Positions 25,601 to 38,379 of a stretch of DNA of 64,000 nt are shown one piece after another. How positions within the stretch are numbered: position 1 is the stretch's first letter; every line of letters begins with the position of its first letter. Origin of the DNA: Raillietiella orientalis. Its lineage: Eukaryota. A model generated the notes under the pieces. It did not search any database. It had not been told where the DNA came from and saw nothing but the letters and a program-made list of their open reading frames with translations. Where the stretch lies: positions 124,001 through 188,000 of the forward strand of contig JAYWIR010000027.1 of assembly GCA_036172245.1 (NCBI GenBank), written 5' to 3'. The translations under genes were made by a program, and so were the position numbers.

Positions 25601-28600
25601 TTTTAACTGAGCTAAGGCTTGCTCGATAGTGGGCACACATGAAGCACAGCGCATGCCATGGATAACCAACTCCACTTTGCTTTTATTTTTTTCATCTTTT
25701 TCCAATATGGTAGCACCGAAGCCCAAGTTTGTTATTCTTTCAGCGATTTCTTCTGGTGAGATGATCATGGGCTGGTAAGTGACTTCAGCTTTCTGTGCCA
25801 GAAGAGAGATGACCACATTTTCAACACCTGAAAGTTACATAGCCAACGTCGATGCTAAACAAGAGACATACCAACCTGCCTGTTTCTTCATGAATGATTC
25901 AATAGTTGCAATGCACGATGCACATTTCATGCCTTCGACACGCAAAGAACAGCAGCTGACAGCCATTTTCTTCTCATGTCCATTCAAAGTTTCAGGGTCC
26001 TCAAATGCTAAAAGTTTTGTGCACTCTTCTCTTGCTTGGGTTTGTGAAAGCAGACCGTTCCATGGATCTCGAGGCAGATTCCTATATAGAAGGGCAGCAG
26101 CTGGGTCTAGCTGATCAACATCAGCTTGCTGCAAAAAGAACCAAGTACAATTGAGGCTAAGAACAGAAAAGTAGCAGATGGAACATGCACAAAGTAAACA
26201 AATGAAAACCAATGGATGAAAGTGGGGTTTTAGTGAAGACATGTTCATTTAAGAATGTATGGAGAGAAAGAATGAAAGCTAAACACAATGACCAAAATGC
26301 ACTCTTTCCCTCCGTATGCACCAGTTCATGTGCATAAAGTTACCGAAATTAAATGGCTCACTCTGACTGTATTGGATGCACATTGAGATTCCGGACATGG
26401 CAGTCACAGCAAGTGTTTTCCCTTCCCTAGCTTCTGGACAGACTAACTATACCAAAGAACAAACAGTCAAATCTGTCACTGCAATACTGAAACAAAAGCT
26501 GCTCACTTCTTGTTCTTGAAATTCAGTCATTACAAGAAAGAATACTAAAGAAAAGTATATTACAACTGATGTGCTACTGGAAATTCCTCTCTCCAAATTG
26601 CATTCCACGGTGCTTAAACATTTGTCCTGTTCCTTTCGTGAGTTGATTTTTATTTTCGGAGAAAAGACAGTCGTCCTCTCAAAATCTTTTAAAATACCAG
26701 GAAGCAATTCTGGAGCAACATCAGAAAAATAAATACTCTAATATCTAGGATGCATGAATTGGGGAAGTACATCATTATTTAAACTTATACAATGTGGAAA
26801 TTGAACATGGAACCACTTCACAGAGTTGCAGAAAATGACCATAACCCATAACTCTAGTATAATAAAAGCAGCAAACACTGTGAAATGGCTACCCAAAAAT
26901 ACAGAATAACAGAATATTTCTTGCCTCCTCATTCTGTCCTAACAAAATGAGCACTAACTTTAAACTCAACCATGAAAGAAAGCAGAAAAAGTGATGCCTA
27001 AATTACAAACCCCTCAATGAAGCTGTGGATAACATAGCCACTGAAATGCTCCCACACACCACAATAAGATTTCTACACAGCTACAATCTTTGAAAGAATG
27101 CATAGCAGTCTGCTGGATCTAGATTCATACAGTTACCTCTATCTGGACTATACAATAATAAGCCAACTCAAAAAATCCATGCTTCTGATTATTTTTCCAT
27201 GACAACACATAAACACCTTAAGAGTTTACACTGATTCTGGACATGTCTGCTAAGCCTGACAGAGCAACTTATAAATCCAGCTAACCAGTTATATAGAACT
27301 TTCATACATCCATTGGAGAAACAAGCAAACTAATTCATGACATAAGGCAGCCTGAAAAGTTCATGCAATTTAACCTCCAGTCAAAAACACATTAATGAAT
27401 TTGGATATTTGATACATTTCACATTCTTTTCACAAACTTCAACATGTTGCCAACTTCTACTTATTACTTGGCATAGGTTTCCAATTTTAAAAAGATAATA
27501 CCGAAGGATACAATGCTCTTCTTTCTGATCAAGCCACAAGCATACAACTATGAACCACCTATTTATAAATTTCGCCCTAGCTTTGCATCACTCTGTACTT
27601 CAGTTCAATAACATCTTACCTCGAAGTTCACCTCTTGAATAGGACCAAGGGACACGGCACGTAGCCCAATATCCTCAATACTGGAAATAATTTCTTCTTC
27701 TGTAAGCAGGTCTCCAACATAACACACTTTAGCTGAGTGCTCCAGTAAGCTCACTGTTGCTGATAGGATACCCTCCTTTTGCATTAATGTATTTTCTACA
27801 TTTCTGGTGCAAGCAGTGCAGGTCATTCCCTCTATGCTAACTAAAACCTGCACTGGTTTCAAAGCAAAACTTTCTGGCATCAGCTGTTCTCTATAAGTAG
27901 CCTTATTTAAATGAAATGGCTACAGATTTCTTATCTGTACCTTATTCTCTCTGCTTCTGTCACATCTGCATCATATTGAATAATGCAAACTTGGTTCAAA
28001 GAAATGAACTTTGCAGACTGGACTCCAGCAAGCTGCTGAAGTTGACTTGCCATATCAGATGCATTTTCACTGCTGAGCGAACCTGGAAATGGCAATTATG
28101 GCATTCCCAGTGTGCTGTCATTTCGAATTCACATAAAGATTGCATATGAAAATCACACACTGAAACTGAACTTTGTTGTGCAAAACAATAAGTTTAGAAT
28201 CCCACATGAACGCATGTACTTACAACGGAAATGACACAATATTTATACTTTGCAATGAGCATAAAGTGTAAACAAAACCAACTTCACAATAAACTTGCCG
28301 GTAAAACTTACTGGTAATGCACACATTGCACAATCATTCCTTTCATATTCTACAAGAAAATTAGCATTATGTCTCGAAAATTAGCATTATGTTCACAATG
28401 ACGTGTATTATCTTGATCTTTCTACCTAAACTAATGAATTCGCTCGCAGGACTATAAATCATTATTTCACGAATCTTTATATTCTTCGGTTTTACGGACA
28501 TGCACAACATAAAATTTGTTTTCACTGCCGTTTTCACAATGACAGGAAATGTTACGTATCCTGAAATTATTCATTACCCTTCCAGGTCAAAACAAGTGTC

Positions 28601-28638
28601 TGCAAATGGGTCGAATTCTTCGTATTCATGAAATCCAT
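22629..28638 (-). CDS. ATP7: Copper-transporting P1B-type ATPase (ATP7A/ATP7B/cua-1 family), 11 exons, ~1187 aa
   Basis: Hand-built exons, all with GT-AG introns and consistent phase: 28638-28578, 28082-27941, 27890-27620, 26128-25876, 25827-25502, 25443-24976, 24931-24230, 24171-24021, 23956-23211, 23148-22787, 22710-22629 (3564 nt in total). Motifs: [42 protein letters not shown]; actuator [15 protein letters not shown]; phosphorylation site [20 protein letters not shown]; Cu(+)-type TM motifs YN and MAASS. Exons 1, 2 and 11 are less certain than the core, and extra exons inside the 1.5-kb intron 26129-27619 cannot be excluded. Confidence 0.95.
28356..28392. repeat. 20-bp-period tandem duplication in ATP7 intron 1
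   Basis: GAAAATTAGCATTATGT occurs at 28356 and 28376. Confidence 0.85.
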
Positions 28639-28773
28639 TCCGAGTTAGTTTCAAAAATGAGCTAGCAATATTCACAATGAGTTAAAAACGAACCACATGG
28701 TTTTCTCGTGAAATCTGGAAAAGGGGAAAAACTGACGTCTGTACTCAGTATTCTCAAGGCATTACCTTTTTTC

Positions 28774-28794
28774 GTTGTTGTTGTTGTTGTTGTT
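28774..28794. repeat. (GTT)7 microsatellite upstream of the ATP7 start
   Basis: GTT x7, followed by GCT/GCC triplets. Confidence 0.85.
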
Positions 28795-29948
28795 GCTGCC
28801 GCTGCTGCTCTTCTAATGGGAGGAAAACAAGAGGGAAAAAAGCATGCACTGGCAGCACACACACCTGGGGCTCTCAGACCACCATGCATGAGAATCCCGA
28901 GCTGTGCTTTCAAGAATCTGGAGAACCAACCAAGACTGGCTCTTCCAGGCTCAGCAGCTGCATCCTGTACCACAGCATCCAGAAACCCGACTCCGCATGG
29001 TATCTGGTCTGAGACAGCACTGCGTTTTCCCCGGTGGGCACAGCGCAATTTGAGACGAAGGATTTCAGGTACTTCAAGTGGCAAAGTGCGTTCTTTGCGT
29101 GGGGTGCCTTTTCCCAGCCAGATGGAAACACGAAAGGGGGAAGGAAAAAAAAAAAATAAAAAAAATGCGCACACCTACCAAGACTGGCAGTGAGCTAAAA
29201 ACAGTGCGCAGGCCCTCAGTTCCGCGTACGTGGATCTCCGCTGGAGATCACCAGCTGATAAGTTCCATCCGCTCTTCGGATGCACACGCCCACGGGCCAT
29301 TTTCACCCGGTTAAGGAGCAGCATCGAACAGGGAAGGAAGGATGTACTCGTGCTGCTGCCGTGTCTTTTCGGCACCCGAATTTCGAAACGGATTTCGAAA
29401 AGGCTGCCCGACTGCGGTGCGCGGCTGACTTAACCAGACGGACAGGAGTGGCCCAGAATCATGCAGGAACAAGTGTTTCCCTGCTTGTGCAGAGTTCCAT
29501 GTAAAGTGACGTACGGTCATCCCACTTCCCATCTTGGAATGCACGGGAAAAACATGAAAAAGCACTGCACTCCCGATCACGCGGCTTTGCACAATCCTTT
29601 AAGCTGCCCGGATTTCCTTCAGCATTTGTTTGGACTCTTCGGCGTTATCACTGTTTGCAAGAATTGCAGCAACTGTTGCTGAGATCCTTTTCCTTGGCGT
29701 TCCACTGAATTCAGCGACTATCCAATGCTGTTGGAGGCCCTCTTCGCAAGGAAGGCTAACAACGGAGATGTTGCAAGAGGAAGGTAGGTGGAAAGGCATG
29801 CATTAACAAAAGCACTAGCTGTTCCACTTCGTGGTGCTTCAGATGTTTCGTTTCCAACAAAACCTTCAGTCCCAGTCTGAGAGACGTCGGGCCTGATGCA
29901 TCGGCGAGTTCAGAATACTGGCGGCTGCTCTGCGGAGCGCGCAGAACT

Positions 29949-30178
29949 TCAGTTGCATTTGGCTCGTATTTCCATCTCGTGCATCTGGTCTGTTGAATTC
30001 GAGGGCACGGTGACAGTGATTCGAAGGGCGCACAAACGGATCTTGAAATCAGCAGGGTATTCGAAAACTGTGGTTATCACACCATCTTTTAGGAAATTAT
30101 CAAAGAGCATCATTAAACGAATAGGGAGGTTTTCCACGAGAGGGATGTAAAAAGGAATGTTGGCGAAGTTGTCACCAG
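29949..30178 (-). CDS. Candidate terminal exon of an unidentified small protein
   Basis: Pyrimidine-rich acceptor (...TTCTCTGCATTCAG|) followed by GDNFANIPFYIPLVENLPIRLMMLFDNFLKDGVITTVFEYPADFKIRLCALRITVTV...CN-stop. The composition is globular-protein-like, unlike the neighbouring R/P/G-rich ORFs. A phase-compatible upstream exon candidate lies at 30761-30697. Confidence 0.35.
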
Positions 30179-31439
30179 CTGAATGCAGAGAACTCAAGGA
30201 GGAAGGGAATGTCAGGAATATGTGCTCCGGCACTCCCTCCACTTCTTTCGGAGTCTTGTACGAGTCTTTTAATAAAGGATATCTCAAATCTCGTATGAAA
30301 ACCAGTGCTCGCTTCATTCTTCTCAGGTGGAATAACGAAGAAGGCACGTGGAAGAAGCTCCATGCTCGCACTTCCAGAGTGATCGTCCATGGTTGTTCTG
30401 TAGTCTTTCTGATCAGAGCTTTGGAATAACTCGAATCCCCTGGTGTGCTAGCCCGGGTGTTCCGCTGCAGCAACCTCCCGCATCTGATCTGCAATCGATT
30501 CCTGTGGTTCCATGGAAATTGCACGCGACGGGCACACTTTGGCTTACCGAATCCGTTCTAGATCCTTCTAGCACAGCTCTGGTCGGATTGCTGCCACCAT
30601 GCAGGCGACTTCCCATCGGCAGCGACCGTCGTTCGACACTGCGTAGGCGACTCTCCTTCCCGGAATCTTTTTCGCAAGGTGTTTCGCCACTCTTACGTGA
30701 TGTCCGGATCGCACGCTCGAGGGAAAACGTGTCTGTAGCTTCGACTGCATTCGTGAGGATCCTTTCGGAAAATCGAAAGAGAATTCAGTGAGAATAGTGG
30801 GAAGCTCTCAAAAAATTCCGCGCTTCTTTAGGCGCCCCGGACTTCCCTAAGAGAAATCAGACGAAAGCCACGACTTTGCTGAAGTATCTACCGGCTCGGC
30901 CACATTGCCAATGGTTGTTAAACTAAAATAGGCAAAAGAAAAAAAAAATATGGACAAGAGTAGCGCTCACGGGAGGTCACTTTGCAGAGTGAGGAATGCG
31001 TTATGTAATTTGCCCTGCAGTTATGGGCGCCAACTGCTCGGTCTGTTTTTCGAGTGGAGATTCCCGTAGAGAAGTTCCAGGAACGCATCTGCTAAGCAGG
31101 CTGATGATGTCGACTGCCATCCAACACAGTTGGAGCATCCACTGTAGACATCTAGGACATCAACACAAGGATATCCTCCAATCGACCGAACGCAGAATTG
31201 CATCCTGAAGAAGACCAGCAGCCTTTCGATCTGTGCAACCCCGACACTCGAGCTAGCAGACGTGGGCCGGCGGCCCAAACACTCGCGGTGTCGAGCGTGA
31301 GGTTGCCGCGAGTTCGAAATCCCGGCGTGACACCCTCACCTCGCCTCAGGTACGCGGTCACCTTGGCTCAACTGTGGAGTGTCGTTTTGACGTGGTTTGC
31401 GCGCCTCGGCATCCGTCTGAAGCTCCTCAGGCTAAACTA

Positions 31440-32600
31440 GCCGAACACACATGAAGCAGCGGCAAGGGGTTGGTCCCTTTGGAACCGGCAGGAGAGGCAT
31501 GGCCAGCAAAACGAGTCCCACTCCCCAGATCGGGATACACCCGACGACTGGAATCTTCCATGCTAACGAATTGTAAATACCCGCAGTCACCGTGGCGATT
31601 CCCCAGACAGTCGGTCAGCTTCCTCCCGGCAACAGCAGAGCGAGCTTTGAGCCCTCCGTTTCCAGGCTGCTCGCGCTCGCCTTGCATCAAGCTCGCCGCG
31701 GGCTTCAGGGATGCCACCTCCTCCTCCACTGCATTCTCCAAGGGAGAATCGGTCCGCCTTGCGGCCTCACCGGGCGGAGGAGCGGAACAGTAGAGAATGC
31801 TGCGAGATTCCCACCTCGCCCGGAAGGGTGTCGCGGGGCGGGGCAACAGCAGCTGAGCGCGCGCGCGCTCTCGACCGCAGGCCGCGAGCGCGTGCGCAAC
31901 GCTTGCAGGCTTGCGATTCCCGTCCCGTGGGTGCCATGCGGCGCGCTGCCGTCCAACAGCCCGAGGCAGGAAGCTCTGCTCTGCGTTTCCGAACCCTGAA
32001 GGAACGTGGACCGCACCGGCCCTTGCCCGTCCCCATGCGCCGGTCCCGGACCCTCTCGATGAGGTGTCCCGCCTGGACGGTGCCGAATTTGCTCAACTCT
32101 TCCCGTCGGGACGCCGCTTGGTGGCATCCGTGCGGCTATGCCCTCTAGTGGACCACGATGAGGCGATCCACTGGAAAGAGGAAGAGCTATCGGTCCTCGA
32201 TCGTCACGGGGGTTCGCAGCAGCTTTGTTCTGGACCTGCCTCCTTTCAGGTTCTGCGTGATGAGGTCTTCGGAAAGCAACTCTGCTCGACAAGAGTTGCC
32301 CGCCGCGCGCCGGTCAGCTGCCTCGAGCGCCAGCGCCACGGGAAGACGGAAGTTCCATTCCAGAGAGGAGTGCGAGTGCCGCACGAAGCAACCGCAGTGG
32401 ATCGAGGGGGACTCCTATGTGCTCCACATCCTCGCCGAGCAGGGAGGCGTTCCTCAAAGCCACCATCTAAAGACGCGGGAACCTTGGCGCTGGCTTTTCG
32501 ACCTGAGGCTTTGTGGGCGCAGCAACCCTAGCGGGAGCAGCAGCATGCACTTCCTCCTTCCCCGCTTCATTTGGTGTGTGTCTGCGGCGGCGGCACAGCA
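31440..32600 (-). mobile_element. Decayed non-LTR (R1-like) retrotransposon fragment, end of RT to pre-knuckle region
   Basis: Colinear degenerate motifs across frameshifts: VEHIGVPLD (32401-32430, cf. YLGVxLD), NLKGGRSRTKLL (~32220-32255, cf. PNxGGPxxxxRRLL) and LTDCLGNRHGDCGYL..EDS (~31545-31620, cf. LTQxLTGHGxFxxYL). Recognised by eye; boundaries approximate. Confidence 0.5.
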
Positions 32601-35600
32601 ACCACAGGTCTTTCTTCCGGGAATCCAGACGAACCTTGGATTCCTAGAAGGTGCAGGGAGGCGCCTGCAGTTCGTTAGGGAGACCATTCGAGGGCCTGGT
32701 GAGCCCTTAAAATGGACATCGAAATCGGCGGTCTCGCTCCCCTTGACGCATCCTTAGATCGAAAAGAAGCGGCGGGTTCAATCCTGCCGAGGGTCGTAGA
32801 ATTGGAGGCGCCGTTCTTAGGCGGGAAGAACGGGAACCTTCGTTTCCACCCCGGGGCGTCCATGGAGAACGTCGAAACCGAGTAGGGAATAGTTTCCTGC
32901 CCAGCAAAGCGTGGTGGCATCCCATGATCTTTTTTTTTTTTTTTTTTTTCGCACATCCAAGAACGATCATTTTTCCCTCAAGGGCGTTTTTTGAAATGCC
33001 TGAATCTGGATTGTGATCCATCCCGGTGCTGCGATTGGCTAAGAGACGCGGCTCGACTGGTGTCCAGGTAGCGTGTCCCCATCGCGATGCTACTGATCTC
33101 GTGGAGCAGGGGATCTCGTTTTTTTAAAAAAAGGGGGAGGGGAGATTCGCTGCGGCTGGCCACTCGACTATCGCCGGTGGTCGCGGGAAGGACGCGAGAG
33201 TTCTCTTGCAACGCACGCGAGTCCCACGCACGTCCGCGCGTCTCTCGGAAGGAGGAGGACTTGGCAAAACTGGCAAAGGGAGGAGTCAGGTTTCCTGAGC
33301 CTGGAGCAGCGGGAGGGAGGGCCTCGGGGTCCCTGGCATGTTCTAGGGTTCCGGCGCCCCCAGAGCGGAGGGCGGACCCCTGCTCCTCAGACTCACCTCC
33401 GCGCACGCCCTCCCGCCTCCAAGAATCGCCTGAGAGCTGCGTCCTCTGAGAAAAGGGAGCCAAGAAGATGATAAGGGGCCCTATGCAGACGGATAGGGGG
33501 GGCGCAGGGGAGGCCCCAGGCATCCCGCGCTGGAACGAAGGGATGTCGGCCTCCACACGCGCCTCTGGGCCACCCACTGGTTGGTGGCGCCTCCCGCGGA
33601 CGGAACAGGAGCTCGGGTGTCGCTCTGGACACAGCTGCATCCGCCGCTTCTCCCCCTCCTCCGCCGACGCCTCGGGCGGAGGGGAGGAGGTAAGGCGAGA
33701 ATTTCCTCCGGCGAATCGTGGATGAACCGCGATGAGAGAGAAACCCTGGGTCGCCGCCTCGCTCCAGAGGGAAGGAGAAGGACGCAGGACGTGGGGAAGG
33801 AAGGAGGCGACCTTGAAAAGGGTCCCCTCGTTTCCTCGGCTCCCGCCCGGGGGTGAGGCAAGGAGGAGAGGGGAGAGCTTCCCGGACAAGACGCCGGGAG
33901 CTCTCGGTTGGCGACGGTCGGGCGGACGCAGGGCGAGAAAGGAGAGATCGATCCCGTAGCCCTTTTGGAGAGAAGGGAGGAGAAGAGATGGTTGAGCGGG
34001 TCGCGGCAGGAGAACTCAAGAGGGTGGAAACGGGGAAAGCTCTGAAGTTTCCCCCGTTCCCTAACCCCCTTAAATCGAGGACCCTTGCCCTTTCTTCGAT
34101 GGGCCAGCTCGCTCCTCCCGGAGGCGCGGACTCGTACCCAGGTGGTGCAGCCCTGAACGTGTGAGCGCGGTCGCCCACGTGACCGAACGGAGAAGGTGCA
34201 GCTAGGAGGAAGCAGGGGCAGGCAGGCCTGCCTCCCCCCCCCCCCCCCATCTCGACGACTGGGTCGCAGCCGGTGGAGCCTTGGCTTCCTCCTCCACGGT
34301 CCTCCGAAAGGGACTGGGTGGGCCGCTCCTTCAACCCTGCTCCCTCCCGTTTTCGTCCGCGCGTAGGGAGAACGAATAGACGCGCCAACGTTTGCGCTGC
34401 CGGGAGAGCCGCCAACTGTGTGTCCTGCGCGCGGAACCAGCTGTGGAACGCTGAAGCAGGGTGACCACTCGGCAGCCGATAGAAAGCAAAAAAAAGAAAA
34501 ACAAGAAAACGAGCAGAGGCGCAGAGCCATTTTTTGCTTTCCTTCTTTTTTCAACCTCTGTTTCCTAGCAACAGCCTTTATTGTTGTCGTAAACGCCGTT
34601 TATTCATTTATTTAGTTTTTGCCGAATGAATTCAGTTTTGGAAAGAGAATTTCGAGTCAAAATGCTTTTTTTTTTTTATACGAGGTCCCTTCTATTTTAT
34701 TTCCTCTCCCTCCCTCCTCCCCCATTCTACAAATACCCATAAATCTCCGCTTCCTTTGTGGGCAAAAGAACAAAAAAACAGGAAAGCAGCGATGGGAGCG
34801 CCAGGTTCTCGAAGGCGTGCGCGCATCACGGAAAACTCGCGTCGCCTCGCTCTCTCCGACCCCAGGAACCGTGGAGCCGCCCGTTCCCAAGATGGCGCGC
34901 GCGTGCAGGCTCTTACGTCCGGCCCTTCCCTGAGGCCTCACCCGGGGCGCGATCGCGGGGCCTCCGAGACACCACCGAGGAACACCAACGGGCGCGAACC
35001 CGCGCCGTCGCCGCAGGAGGAGAACACGTCGCTGGCACGGGAGACGGAAAGCAGGGACGCGCGCCGGGGAAGCCCCTCCGGTGCGCGAGCGTGCGTGGAG
35101 CCACTTCGCCACCCTAACAGAGGCCGGGGGAGAGGGCGGACTCCGCCTCTTTCCGTCTTCGCGCGTGCGAGTTTTTCAGGGTCTCTTCCTAGTGGTCACC
35201 GGAAGGGGAAGGTTCGCTTGGCAACACCCGCATGCTGGTGGCTCCTGATAGAGGTCAGGATAGTCCGCGCCCTCCCCGCTCCTCCCCGCTTTGCCGGCAG
35301 CCCCCTGCAGATCCCAGCACCACGTTGCAGGCACGACGAACTCCCCTTCGCTCGGGGAGGACAGCGGTCCGCTATTGGAAGACTCAGGTCTCAGAACGGT
35401 TCCATGGGTCGCGCGCGCCACCTGCGAGTGGCCGCGGAGGCAGGAAAGGAAGGAGAAGAGAGTGAACAGCGCTCCCTCGTTGCCAAGGAACGGCGGAGAG
35501 CCCTGGACGGGCAGCCATCGAAGGGGGTGAAGGGGAAGGGGAGGGGCGAAACGCACACAGAGACAGTCCGACGGGCTCCTGAGGGGAGCCCCACGGCAAC

Positions 35601-38379
35601 GGAACCTTTCTTCCAGGTCGTGAAAGGGATCCGAGGTCGCGCCAATGTGAGCGCAGCGCCAGCTCTGACCCGCGCGCGGCTCTTCCTCCGAGCCCTCTCC
35701 TTCAGCTGCAAGGAGCAGAGAACGGACGGTCCGAGGGGGGTGGGCGGAAGTTGCCCCCCTCCAGGATCCCGGAAGCGCTCGCCGGGAGGAAGGAGCAGCC
35801 CACCCGCCGTTTCCGAACCCGCCGCCGCCTCCGGACTCCCCGAGGAGCAAGCGGACCTTCGATCTCTCCAGGAGAGCATGCCCGCGAGCCGTTGGGAGGG
35901 TCACCCTGATCTCTGTCCGAGGGGCAACAGTCTAACGGCTTCAGGAATGGCGCAGTACCGCATCTTCGGTCAGCAGCGGGCCATCGCCATCCGGCCCGGC
36001 GAGCGCGCGCGGTCGCGACCCCGCACTCGACCTTACCTCCATTCCCTTCCGGGGGCCCTCGGCCCGAGGGGCTCTTCCTCGGTTCTGAGCTTCCACGCAG
36101 CAAGAGCCTCCACTCCGTCCACTCCCGAAGCGGCGCGCGTCTGCCCGGAACAACCGGGGAAAGGCGTCCCGGCAAGCCGGTTCCCCTGGGAGACGGCTCG
36201 GTTTGCTCTTCGATTCCTCAGGGCGAAGCCGGGACACGCCCTTCCCTCTGACTGCGCGCGCGGGAGAGGCGTCCCGGAGGTTGGTCAACATCCGCACTCG
36301 CGCCGAGTGGGGGAGGAGCAGCCGGAGGCGAGTTCCCCCACGCCGCGGACTCGATGTCTCCAAAGCGCCGCTTCCGGCACGGGGAAGGGGGGGGAGCGGA
36401 GTTTTTCTGAGTACGGGGGGCCAAGCGCCGCGGACGATCTCTCTCGTAGCGTGTGCGGAACCGACACGCAGACCTCCGGCGGCTGCGTCCCGCCAGGCAC
36501 CAAGAGGCCCGCTCCATGCGCCCGGAAACCGTCACGCGTGTCGCACCGCCTCCATAACGTACGGGGCCTTCCCGTGGCACGGAATCGCGAGTACACGGTG
36601 CGCTCCCCCCTCTGCGTGTCCTCGCCCCGGTCGACTCCATCCACGGGCCGCCTCTACGGGCAGCCGGCGACCCTTTCCGTGGCCTCACGGAACCGTTCGT
36701 CCAACCCATCCTTTGCTCCCTCAAGAGACAGGCCAAATCGAGGCGCACGCTTCATTCTCTGCAGAGCGCTCGCCCTCCGTCTTGAGCATCTCTTCCGCGT
36801 TGGCCTTGGCTCAGGGATGGCGCCGGCTCCCTCCCCCCTTGGTGGCCTTTGTGCCTGGCAGCAGGAAAAACGCAGCAGCGATGCCTCCGAGGTCCGTCAG
36901 CGGTTCTTCCAAACGGGGGGGGAGCTTCTTCGAGATGAATCACCACCACCACCCTCCCTCCCCCTGCCTTCGCCGTATGAGTCATCCGCAGAGCAGGGGC
37001 GAGAAGCATCCGGTGGCGCGAAACCAAAGATAAATTCCGTAATAACGGGGGGAACATCTCGAAAATCTGTATGACTTTCCTCCGGGGGCTGTTGCTTCTT
37101 TAGCTCAAGTGGCTCGCGCCTCGGAGCAGCCAATCGTGGCGCAGCCGACCCTCCTCCTCCCCCGCGCCGCGGTTCGGCTGGAAGCGTTAAGGAGATTGCA
37201 TCATCGTTGAGAGGATCGTCGTCGTGAATGGCGGGGTGGAGGAAGGACGGGGGAGGGGAGGAGGAAGAAGCGAAGATAAGCTCTGAATAAACAGGCTGGA
37301 GGCAGAATGACTCCCGTTCGGAGCATCGCATCCGAGAAGAGAGACTTAGAAACCCGAGATTCGAGCAACCGAGTGCGCAGGTTCCTCGGCATCCGCTTGC
37401 GACGAGCTTCACCGAAGCAAACTCGTGGCTCCCTCCTGCGTGCGGCAGCGTTCCGTCGGTGACGGCCAGGCAGTGCGGAGACTTCCCACAAGATGGCGCT
37501 GCTCCAAGCTTGACACCACATCGCTGGCGGGGACAGGGGAGAGGGGAGGGTTTTCCCGCCACGAGGAGGTGGATTAGAGAGATCGGTAGTCCACTCCGGT
37601 CCGAGATCAAGAGAAAAAAGAGAGTCTCTCATCCCGTTTCCCATGGAAAACAGTTCCCCCCTTCCCCTCGCCGCTCCTATCGTCAGAGCCGGTGCAGAAT
37701 CCTTTGCGTCCTTTGCATCCACTCAAGGATCGCGGGCAGTGAGAAGGAGTTTCCTCTCCGATGACGGGAAGAAAGCCAAGCGGAGGGATGTGGGAGCCAC
37801 CGAAGCCAAGCTAGACCGGTGCGGCCCTGCAGGTGCCCGCCCGCTTGGGGCTGAAGGGGAGGGCCGGCGATGGAGGGTACCGGAGAAACGCCTGCTCTCC
37901 GTCATCCACAGTGGCGCTACAGTGGTCCTGCTCTTGCTTTGACCCGGCAGCTCCAGCGGACAGGAGCGAAGAGAGAGCTTCGGGGTCGACAGCAACGCCG
38001 GAAGCCACGGAACGCTCATCCTCCAGGAACCCATTAGGATTCCGGGAGGAATTCGATGCCGGAGAGCAGCGGAGGGTCAGAGAGGCACAGTTCTGCCACG
38101 CCCCTACACCCTGCACTTCCGGGGATCTGTCCTTCATCCAGGACCGTCACTCCTGCACCCGCGCGGCGCACCTCTCAGAGAGCGATTCATCTTGCCGGAA
38201 TGCCTTCCAGGACCACGAGTGAGTTGCTAGGGACGGGAGCACGAGGAGAGGAGGGCAAGTCGTTTCGCGGGACCTTCATCTGGAGAGGAGAACGGGGAAG
38301 GAGAGGTGGGTAGGAGATCACAAGTGGAGGAGAAGCGCTTAACTCAGCGAATGTCGCTGCCGTTTCCGGAGACCTCGCT

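Noticed and set aside
26330..26710. Possible extra ATP7 exons within the 1.5-kb intron
   Set aside because: No HMA or other motif, and exon 3 already splices in phase to exon 4; cannot be supported without RNA data.
28708..29193. ORF with a signal-peptide/TM-like FFVVVVVVVAAAAALL stretch, divergent from ATP7
   Set aside because: The hydrophobic stretch is the translation of a (GTT)n(GCT)n microsatellite; the remainder is not protein-like.
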